From the NCBI GenBank assembly GCA_964485835.1, contig CAZAKW010000003.1:1-28358 (forward strand): a DNA stretch of 28,358 bases, read 5' to 3'. A program made the translations under genes and the position numbers. The number at the start of each line of letters is the position of its first letter. Position 1 is the stretch's first letter. A model generated the notes under the pieces. The model saw nothing but the letters and a program-made list of their open reading frames with translations. It was not told where the DNA came from and ran no database searches. Positions 7,830 to 14,904 of the stretch are shown here, piece by piece. This DNA comes from an uncultured Bacteriovoracaceae bacterium (GTDB lineage: Bacteria; Bdellovibrionota; UBA1018).

Positions 7830-8822
7830 TCACCACATCAACGTCGTATACGTCTCGGCGATGATCTTCGGCTTGCCGGCCTCTTCGGCCACGTAAAGGA
7901 TCTTCGTGCCGCGCGAACGATGCCCCCAGCCTCCCCCTTTTAATTTAGAGCGGTAGTTCTGGGTAAACGTGATCATCCAATACTTGGGATGCCGATAATA
8001 AAGGATGTCTTCGGGTCCGATCGAAATCTCCGAATAGCGGGAATTTAAATTGGATTTATAAGTGCGCCATGCGTCCCGATCTTTACCTTGAGCGGAAAAA
8101 TCGGAATGATAGGAATCGATGTACGCTTCGATGTCGCGGTTTTCCCATGCGCGGATCCACGCGTCGAAAAACGTCCGGATCGACGGGTCTTTTCCGGGTT
8201 TTCGATACTCGTCAGTCAGATTCGGGAAGATCAGGATCGGCGTTAACCCGAGTCGGATCGACTTGGCGAGTTCGAGGACTTCCGCGTCCTGGCAAACGAC
8301 GCATCCTTCGCTGTCGTAATTCTCGTTTAATCGCGCCGGCTCGTCGGTGGCGTGAAGCCAAATCCCGTGCCCGGTGCGGCCGGCGATTCGGTCGTAATCG
8401 TTCGGGTAATTGAGCACGATCGCCATGGCGCCGTATTTTCGAGGAAGTGACGGTGGGCGCTTGATGCTGGTAAACGTGTAGATTCCTTCGGGCGTCTTCA
8501 GGTCGCCCTCTTCCTGCTTATCGCCCTTCACTTTTCCGAGTGTCGCGTGGATCGTCTTCAGGGTGACGTACTCACCCTCTTCAAGTCTCGCCAATTCGAT
8601 TGCGCTCGTCGCCTTATCCACCAATACGACGGAATAAAATTTCTTATTGGCCGGCGTGTCCGCGGAAGGCGTGCTCGTGTTCGCCACCGATGGGCTTGGC
8701 GACGGAGCGGGCGAAGTCGCCGAAGAAAAAGAACAACCGCTTCCGATCGCCGCCCAAATAGGGAGAACGAGGACTGCGAGTCGGGCCGAAGCCAATCGAG
8801 AGATGAACCGCTGCATTCTCAC
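7830..8822 (-). CDS. YkuD-family L,D-peptidase with C-terminal NTF2-like domain (Csd6/Pgp2/Bd1075-type L,D-carboxypeptidase), probably a lipoprotein
   Basis: GDKQEEGDLKTPEGIY, YPNDYD and GIWLHA...SEGCV (catalytic His/Cys). C-terminal WIRAWENRDIEAYIDSY...FTQNYRS...GTKILY...KIIAE. N-terminal hydrophobic stretch ending IGSGC, then an S/P/T-rich linker. Confidence 0.85.
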   Translation of the reverse strand: MRMQRFISRLASARLAVLVLPIWAAIGSGCSFSSATSPAPSPSPSVANTSTPSADTPANKKFYSVVLVDKATSAIELARLEEGEYVTLKTIHATLGKVKGDKQEEGDLKTPEGIYTFTSIKRPPSLPRKYGAMAIVLNYPNDYDRIAGRTGHGIWLHATDEPARLNENYDSEGCVVCQDAEVLELAKSIRLGLTPILIFPNLTDEYRKPGKDPSIRTFFDAWIRAWENRDIEAYIDSYHSDFSAQGKDRDAWRTYKSNLNSRYSEISIGPEDILYYRHPKYWMITFTQNYRSKLKGGGWGHRSRGTKILYVAEEAGKPKIIAETYTTLMW

Positions 8823-8826
8823 TAGT

Positions 8827-9570
8827 TTAGTGAGCGTCAGCGGACCCCGTCAAGAACTTGCGGGAATGAACGCGGAATCCCCAGACCCGGGCCAACGCCT
8901 CAAAAACGATTCTTTTGTTCATCTTCGATTTTCCGACCTTCCGATCTTCGAAAATAATCGGGAACTCCTGGATCCGAAAACCCCTTAAAAAAGCGCGGTA
9001 TTTCAGTTCGATCTGGAACGAATATCCGTCGCTTCGCAAGGACCCCAAATCGACCGCGGAGAGAACGGGACGTCTCCAGCCGTTAAAACCGCCGGTAAAA
9101 TCACGAATCGTCGCGCCAAGAATCAGTCGGGAGTAAAGGCTGCCGCCACGAGAAAGAATTTTTCGGCCGATTCCCCAATTTCGAGTGCCCCCCCCGTCCA
9201 CGTAGCGTGAGCCGATCGCGACATCCGCGGTCTCCAGCGTGGCGAGCATGGTCTTGAGGTACGAAGGGTGGTGTGAAAAATCGGCGTCCATTTCGATGAA
9301 CGCCTCGTATTCCGGACGGGCAAGCCCCCAGCGAAATCCGTGTACGTAAGCCGTACCAAGACCCATTTTTTTTTCGCGGTGAAGGACGTGGACCCGCGTT
9401 TCGTAGCGAGTCGCCAGGACGTCGATGATTGCCCCGGTGCCGTCTGGCGAATTATCGTCGACGACCAGGACGTCGACGGTAGAAGGGGTGGAGGCGAGAA
9501 TCGCCTCCACCAGAGACTGAATATTTTCGACTTCGTTATAGGTCGGTACGACGATCAGTGCGCGCATCAA
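8827..9570 (-). CDS. GT2 polyprenol-monophosphomannose synthase (DPM1/Ppm1-like)
   Basis: [53 protein letters not shown] and [11 protein letters not shown]. Confidence 0.85.
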   Translation of the reverse strand: MMRALIVVPTYNEVENIQSLVEAILASTPSTVDVLVVDDNSPDGTGAIIDVLATRYETRVHVLHREKKMGLGTAYVHGFRWGLARPEYEAFIEMDADFSHHPSYLKTMLATLETADVAIGSRYVDGGGTRNWGIGRKILSRGGSLYSRLILGATIRDFTGGFNGWRRPVLSAVDLGSLRSDGYSFQIELKYRAFLRGFRIQEFPIIFEDRKVGKSKMNKRIVFEALARVWGFRVHSRKFLTGSADAH

Positions 9571-10052
9571 AATGGAATATCGTCTTCCGTAAACGAAGGC
9601 TCGGCGGGAGCGCCCATGCCGAAGCCGGATCCGCCCATATTTCCAGGATTTGGGCCTTCATTGAAGCCACCGGAAGATTGAGCGCTTGGTCCGGGCGAGT
9701 TCGCGCGGCCTTCGCTTGCACCGGCTTGTCCGTTCAAGAATTGAATCGTCTGCGCCTGAACTTCGGTTGAATACTTTGTCTGGCCGTCTTTGTCCTGCCA
9801 CGAGCGCGTCTGCAAACGTCCTTCGACGTAGCATTGGCGCCCCTTCGCAAGATACTGATTGCAGAGCTCAGCGAGCTTGCCCCAGACGACGACACGGTGC
9901 CATTCCGTGCGTTCCTGCTTCTGACCACTTTTATCCGTCCAGGCCTCATTCGTCGCGACACTGAAGTTCGCGACTGCGGAACCGCTCGGCGTGTACCGAA
10001 CTTCCGGATTTTGGCCCAATCTCCCCACCAAAATGACTTTATTGACTGACAT
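9567..10052 (-). CDS. ssb: Single-stranded DNA-binding protein
   Basis: [44 protein letters not shown], a Gly-rich linker and the acidic tail EDDIPF. Confidence 0.98.
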   Translation of the reverse strand: MSVNKVILVGRLGQNPEVRYTPSGSAVANFSVATNEAWTDKSGQKQERTEWHRVVVWGKLAELCNQYLAKGRQCYVEGRLQTRSWQDKDGQTKYSTEVQAQTIQFLNGQAGASEGRANSPGPSAQSSGGFNEGPNPGNMGGSGFGMGAPAEPSFTEDDIPF

Positions 10053-10114
10053 GCCCCACGGTGTACGGGCTCGGGACCCTGTAGGTCAAGTTCTCGATCG
10101 ATCGGATGCGGAAT

Positions 10115-10666
10115 CTAATCCGCCGATCCGGGCACTTCGCTCCCCGGAGAATCGACTCGCGAAATCCCCTCAATTTTCGAATACGTCGAGGCGCGATCAT
10201 GCGTTATAGACGCATCGCGCTGCTGACGCGACGCGTGGATTCCTATCTTCTCTTCGGGAAACGGAATCCCTTTTTCTTCGAATTTCGTCTTCCAGTGCGC
10301 ACGGACCGCCTGTCGAGCTCGCCCAACGTCTACAAGGTAAAGGACGGGGTCAAATCCGCATTGCCCGCAAATAACGGAACCGCGGACTTTAGTACGATAA
10401 ATGATCTCAAACGCGATCCAAAGAGGAACGAACGCGACTAGCCCCTTGGAGCCAATCCAAGGAAAGAGAGCCCATAGCCCGAGTGCGAAGACGACGGCGG
10501 TCAAACCAATCTGAATAAAGTGTCGCGGACGACCGGGCTCCGGATGCATTCCGAGGCGTCGCGGAACCGAGCACATCGGGCAGAAGAAATTAAAATTTTG
10601 ATTAAATCGCTCTTTCCAGATCGATCGAGAGGCGGCGCGAATGACATCGTGTCGATTTCGTTCCAT
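10115..10666 (-). CDS. Hypothetical membrane protein, CxxC-TM-TM-CxxC
   Basis: FFCPMC, then two hydrophobic helices (FIQIGLTAVVFALGLWALF; GLVAFVPLWIAFEIIY), then ICGQCGFDP. The start was moved to ATG 10666, which has a GGAG SD; about 183 aa. Confidence 0.7.
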   Translation of the reverse strand: MERNRHDVIRAASRSIWKERFNQNFNFFCPMCSVPRRLGMHPEPGRPRHFIQIGLTAVVFALGLWALFPWIGSKGLVAFVPLWIAFEIIYRTKVRGSVICGQCGFDPVLYLVDVGRARQAVRAHWKTKFEEKGIPFPEEKIGIHASRQQRDASITHDRASTYSKIEGISRVDSPGSEVPGSAD

Positions 10667-10718
10667 GATAAAGGTCTCCGTAATCCGATCCCCTCCGGGG
10701 ACCGTCTTAAATTTTAAC

Positions 10719-12008
10719 ATGAAATCCGCGAAATCAATGAACCCCAAGAAAAAAGCCGGGCCTCGTCCCGATCGTGAAAAAAAACGGGTCACCGTCAAAC
10801 TCGGCCGCGGTTCGCCATCCCCTCGGCAAAAGGTGCCTAGCGTCCGCGAAGCCCCAGTCGCTTCGTTTACATTTCCCGTCGCCTGGACCTGGTTCTTTGA
10901 CGAATGTTTGCCGGCCTGGGTGAAAGACCGCTATTCCCCTCGTGAAAGCTGGAAGGGAAAACCTTTTTCCTCCGAAGACGGAAAGTTCTTCCTTCGCGGA
11001 GTGCGTGAACTTTCCGACCTATTCACGGACGCACGCCCCAAGAACTTGGCCGATTATCTGGCGCACGAAAAATATCGCTCGAGTTACCTTCTTTATTTCC
11101 TTCCTCTCCAGGCCGCGAAATTCATCGCGCTTTTCATCCTCCACGCCAAAGCGATCGATGCGGCGCTGGCCCACGGACGCGAAACCGGCACGCTTCGCGT
11201 GGTCGACTTAGGGGCCGGTCCCGCGACCGCTTCCATCGCCCTGCTCCTGCTGCTCCTCGGTCGTAAGGACGAACTCCCCGAGCAAATCGAATTCGTGCTC
11301 TTCGACCAAAACGCGTCGATTCTTCGGGACGGAGAAGACCTTCTGAATCGTATCGGGGAATCTTTTCCCAAGACTCGCGGACGCGTGAAAGTTCGCCGAG
11401 TCGTCGGGGATCTTTGGCATACGATTTACAAAGAAGAAGGCGAAGTCTCGCTTGCGCTCTTCGGACATACCGTAAACGAGTACCTTCCCACGCGAGATGG
11501 TCGTCCCGACCCGCGCCCTTTCACCCACCTCTTCGAACGAACCGCCCGCGGCGGCGGAATTCTCTGGGCGGAGCCCGCCGCCCGAATTCCTTCGCAGACT
11601 CTGTCCCAGCTGCGTGATTTTTTTCTCGAAGAAAATTTAATTGAGTCCTCGCCGTCCCGGATTTGGGGCCCCTGCCTGCACGCCGGTCGCTGCCCGCTCG
11701 CCATTGGTCGCGATTGGTGCCACTTCAGCATTCCTGGAAAAGTGCCCGGAAAATGGTTCGGATTCTTCTCCAAAGGCCTATCGAAGGAAAAAGAGTGGCT
11801 CAAGTACTCCTACTTATGGATCACGGCCGCGGGGGATCCGAATCCCGAGCGCGCGGCTCCCGAAGAACGACTCGTGCTCTCCGATCCGCTTTCGCGCGAT
11901 CCGCGCGCGAAACAGGAAGTCTTGCTCTGCGAGCCGGACGCTCCGAATCGCTACACGCTCAAGCCCCTCGAAGTGGCGAGACGGGGCATGCGGATTCGGA
12001 CTCGTTAG
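10719..12008 (+). CDS. Rsm22/METTL17-like SAM-dependent methyltransferase-fold protein (small ribosomal subunit Rsm22 family)
   Basis: YLLYFLP, SAM motif I VVDLGAGPATAS, WAEPA, GPCLHAGRCPL...DWCHFS, YSYLWI and LLCEP. The start is ATG 10719 or 10737, avoiding overlap with the divergent gene. Confidence 0.75.
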   Translation: MKSAKSMNPKKKAGPRPDREKKRVTVKLGRGSPSPRQKVPSVREAPVASFTFPVAWTWFFDECLPAWVKDRYSPRESWKGKPFSSEDGKFFLRGVRELSDLFTDARPKNLADYLAHEKYRSSYLLYFLPLQAAKFIALFILHAKAIDAALAHGRETGTLRVVDLGAGPATASIALLLLLLGRKDELPEQIEFVLFDQNASILRDGEDLLNRIGESFPKTRGRVKVRRVVGDLWHTIYKEEGEVSLALFGHTVNEYLPTRDGRPDPRPFTHLFERTARGGGILWAEPAARIPSQTLSQLRDFFLEENLIESSPSRIWGPCLHAGRCPLAIGRDWCHFSIPGKVPGKWFGFFSKGLSKEKEWLKYSYLWITAAGDPNPERAAPEERLVLSDPLSRDPRAKQEVLLCEPDAPNRYTLKPLEVARRGMRIRTR

Positions 12009-12011
12009 CGG

Positions 12012-13136
12012 CTAGGGAGCGAGAACCCAGTCCTTTTCTTTTTTGCGACATTGGGCAGTGACGCGTTTAAAGAGAGAAACGTCCATATCGCTTCGCAAAA
12101 AGTAATCGGCCGGGTCTTCGATTGAAAGCATTCCGCTTGAGGCCAAGTCCCGGCTCGCTCCGGACCCGGAAAATTCGGCTTCACCGCTAGAAACGCCGGC
12201 GGTAGCGCTATCCGCCGAGCCGAACCACGAGGGTCCGCGATTCGAGTTGCCGCCCGATGCGGCACCGGTACCGCTACCGGCCGCGTACCCATTCGCCTTG
12301 CCGATTTCCTCGCCCGGTGTCGCGGACGCGAGCTGCGGCCCGTTTGCGGTCGCCGCGTTCGTCGAAGGTTCCGTATCCGACTCGGCCGTGGTGGCCATCG
12401 CCGGGGATCCAAAGTCCGTATTTGGGGATCCAGTGAAGGCACGAGAACGCGTCGGAGGTAAACGAAGATTTGGATTGCCGTTAGCAGCATTCCTGGAAAG
12501 CGTGTTTGGATCGATCATTCCCTCCATTGCCGTCCCGCCGACCGCGTGCAATTGCTGCAAGTTCGGATCGATCTCGTTTCCCCCGGCGAAATGGTTTTGT
12601 TGCTGCTGAAGCATTTGATAACCGAGCGAAAAAGCGCCGCTAGCGTCTCCGCCGTCGGTCTCCCCCGAAGGGGCGTGGGCCTCGCAAACGCTCGACGAAG
12701 GATTCCAAACCAAGCCGCCGGAACAAACCGTGTCCGACTTCTCACACCGGACGGTGCCTTTATGTTCCCAGGCACCTCCGTTTCTTCTAACTTTGAAACA
12801 CTTTGTCACGAACTTATCGGCCACCATGAGCATTCGACCCTGATCGTCCACGGCATCCGAATTGTCGAGGCGGCCCCCGATTCCGTGTCGCGACTCTCTG
12901 GAGACTTTGAAGGAATCGATCCAAGGTTGAAATTGATTCAACTTACAAATCGTCGGCAAGCTTTCGCACCGTGCGCGATTGGTCGAGTTGGTCCCACGAT
13001 TGAAATTCATCACGAAAACTTCCTCGCCACTGCACGTCTGGCCGATCACGAGTCTGCACTGTTCGTCCGCGCTCGCGCCCACGATGGAGAAAAAAATCAG
13101 GGCGGCGAAGAGCGTTTTTTTGAGAGGGTTTTTCAT
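12012..13136 (-). CDS. Secreted protein with a Cys-rich N-terminal domain, a G/S/A/N-rich linker and a charged C-terminal motif
   Basis: Start ATG 13136 (GGGAG SD) gives the signal peptide MKNPLKKTLFAALIFFSIVGASA. There are 8 Cys in the first ~150 aa, a low-complexity middle, and an end of EDPADYFLRSDMDVSLFKRVTAQCRKKEKDW. Confidence 0.75.
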   Translation of the reverse strand: MKNPLKKTLFAALIFFSIVGASADEQCRLVIGQTCSGEEVFVMNFNRGTNSTNRARCESLPTICKLNQFQPWIDSFKVSRESRHGIGGRLDNSDAVDDQGRMLMVADKFVTKCFKVRRNGGAWEHKGTVRCEKSDTVCSGGLVWNPSSSVCEAHAPSGETDGGDASGAFSLGYQMLQQQQNHFAGGNEIDPNLQQLHAVGGTAMEGMIDPNTLSRNAANGNPNLRLPPTRSRAFTGSPNTDFGSPAMATTAESDTEPSTNAATANGPQLASATPGEEIGKANGYAAGSGTGAASGGNSNRGPSWFGSADSATAGVSSGEAEFSGSGASRDLASSGMLSIEDPADYFLRSDMDVSLFKRVTAQCRKKEKDWVLAP

Positions 13137-13138
13137 AA

Positions 13139-14092
13139 TCAGCTCCCTGCACACGCGGACGCCACTCGAGGGAAGGTGGACCGGGCGTGATTTTCCATCC
13201 ATTTAGCGGCCTTGTCTTCGTAACACCGTTGCAAACATGTAGATTCGGCGTCGCACGATTTCCAGCATGGCTGGTAAGCATTCGCTTCAAGCTTTGAGAT
13301 CATGTCCACAGTGGCGGCGCGGTATGCTTTTGCCGAGTTCTCCGCCAATCGGCACCGGGTCACGAACAGATACCCCGAGACGATGCTTTCCCAAGCAGCG
13401 TCGAAATATTTGCGAACACTACAGGCCTGCGTATTACTGGGATCGCAGCGCGGAATCGCTTCGATTCCGGGAATTTTTTTCTGGGCCTCGATCAAATCGT
13501 AAAGCTCCCGACCCTGGACTGCACACCCACTATTCGGATCGATCGAAAGTCGATTGGAACGGACTTCTTCACGTATGGCTTCGGCTTCGTTCGCAACAGC
13601 GAGCGCTAGAAAACTTGCCATCTTCGACGTTTCGGCCGAACCGGCAGTCGATCGAAGCGAGAAGGATCCGCCGTTGAAACTGGTATAGCCGACCCGCGAG
13701 AATGGAAGGCACGCCTCGCCTTTCCAGTTCTTTTTCGTTTCGTTTCCACATGCTTTTTCCCGAAGCGGCAAAACCGAACAGAGCGGTGGTGCGCCGACGG
13801 TTTCGAATTTTTTATTGCTCACCGTAACGCCCTTTCCGTTGGGGTAAAACTTCCCTTCGTAAATGCCGTCGATCATCTCGCCGACCAGGCCGTCGAATAC
13901 GAGCTCTCCCCTCGCGTTTTTTTTCTCTAATACCGTCTTGGGAATTTCGGCGCACGCGAGAAAAGGCGCTTTACCGCAGGGAAGGATGATGACGTTCTTA
14001 AGCTCGCTGGACGCAGCTAGGAGCGTGGTCGCGCTCAAGGCAGGCCCCGCGACGCACGTCACGAATACGATTCGTAAAACGGATCTGAACAT
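13139..14092 (-). CDS. Secreted Cys-rich hypothetical protein
   Basis: Signal-peptide-like N-terminus. There are 14 Cys after the signal, including CWKSCDAESTCLQRC. Its stop is 2 nt before the next start, and it has a G-rich SD. Confidence 0.75.
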   Translation of the reverse strand: MFRSVLRIVFVTCVAGPALSATTLLAASSELKNVIILPCGKAPFLACAEIPKTVLEKKNARGELVFDGLVGEMIDGIYEGKFYPNGKGVTVSNKKFETVGAPPLCSVLPLREKACGNETKKNWKGEACLPFSRVGYTSFNGGSFSLRSTAGSAETSKMASFLALAVANEAEAIREEVRSNRLSIDPNSGCAVQGRELYDLIEAQKKIPGIEAIPRCDPSNTQACSVRKYFDAAWESIVSGYLFVTRCRLAENSAKAYRAATVDMISKLEANAYQPCWKSCDAESTCLQRCYEDKAAKWMENHARSTFPRVASACAGS

Positions 14093-14178
14093 AACCCCCC
14101 GGTTTCCTGAGAACGATCCCGGTGTGATTCTCCGCCAGCGGACCCCTCCGCCGTAAGCACACCTGAGATCTCCTTTCT

Positions 14179-14208
14179 ATTTTACAAGGACGCAACGGCA
14201 GTGACAAT
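14179..14208. promoter_or_regulatory. Overlapping bidirectional sigma70-type promoter
   Basis: Minus strand: TTGTCA(14207-14202)-N17-TAAAAT(14184-14179). Plus strand: TTTACA(14181-14186)-N16-GACAAT(14203-14208). Confidence 0.55.
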
Positions 14209-14245
14209 ATGCATTAGTGAGGTCTTTTCCCTTTTAGGAGGCGAA

Positions 14246-14782
14246 GTGAAGGCTAGGTCAAGTCTGACATTCCTGATTCTTCTCATGATTTTTCCCTCCG
14301 GCGTTTTCGCGCGTGAAAGCGTAAGCGAGGCGGACTTCGCGAGCCTCGAAGCGGAGTATGCGGCCGCGAAGCAGGAATTCGCCACCGAGGTGAAAAACCG
14401 GAAAGACATCAAGCCCTCGGAGCTTCAAGCGCTTCGCGAGAAAATCGTAGGACCAAAAAAACAGGCGCTGGACGAAGCCTACAACAAACGCGCGAACGCG
14501 CGGCGAATCGACCCGAAAGAAATGGGTGTCGAAAATCCGCGGGATCGTCCTTCTACCCACCAATCTCCTCCCATCACGCGGGAAAATTCACGTGAAGATC
14601 CTTCCGTCGCACTTCCGAATGCCGACATCCCAAGCGAGATCCACTATGGGAATAAAACCGAGGCTCCGACCGCCGAGCCCGGGTCCAGCGAGGGAACCGA
14701 ACCCTCGCCTTCCCCTCTCGGCGCGGGCGTTTCAGAGATCCGGTATCCGAAAGCGAAGCCGCTTAAAAAATCGGCGCCCTAA
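14246..14782 (+). CDS. Secreted hypothetical protein with a helical N-terminal domain and a Pro/Ser-rich tail
   Basis: GTG 14246 follows an AGGAGG SD and gives the signal peptide MKARSSLTFLILLMIFPSGVFA. It has a coiled-coil-like segment and two SEIxY motifs; about 178 aa. Confidence 0.72.
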   Translation: MKARSSLTFLILLMIFPSGVFARESVSEADFASLEAEYAAAKQEFATEVKNRKDIKPSELQALREKIVGPKKQALDEAYNKRANARRIDPKEMGVENPRDRPSTHQSPPITRENSREDPSVALPNADIPSEIHYGNKTEAPTAEPGSSEGTEPSPSPLGAGVSEIRYPKAKPLKKSAP

Positions 14783-14810
14783 ACTCGTTCGCTTGCGTAG
14801 AAATAATTCT

Positions 14811-14836
14811 GGAACTTTGCGGCGAAATGCTTCGTT
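14811..14836 (+). promoter_or_regulatory. ECF-sigma-like promoter candidate
   Basis: GGAAC-N17-CGTT lies about 70 nt upstream of ATG 14905. A TAGAAT at 14891-14896, 8 nt before the ATG, is an alternative near-leaderless -10. Confidence 0.3.
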
Positions 14837-14904
14837 CATGCGCGCAAACTCAGGAAATAAATGCCGAGCGCGGTCAATGAAAATCTGCTCTAGAATAGTC
14901 GAGT

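Noticed and set aside
13998-14162. GTG uORF after AAGGAG that would fuse to the 14092 gene if the G6 tract lost one base
   Set aside because: The SD straddles the predicted TSS, G6 is short for phase variation and serves as the main SD, and the fusion would only pad a signal peptide.
14093-14178. Two TCTCAGG motifs and GGAGA in the leader, reminiscent of a glycine riboswitch
   Set aside because: The CCGAAG core and P1-P3 architecture are missing, and the downstream gene is unrelated to glycine metabolism.
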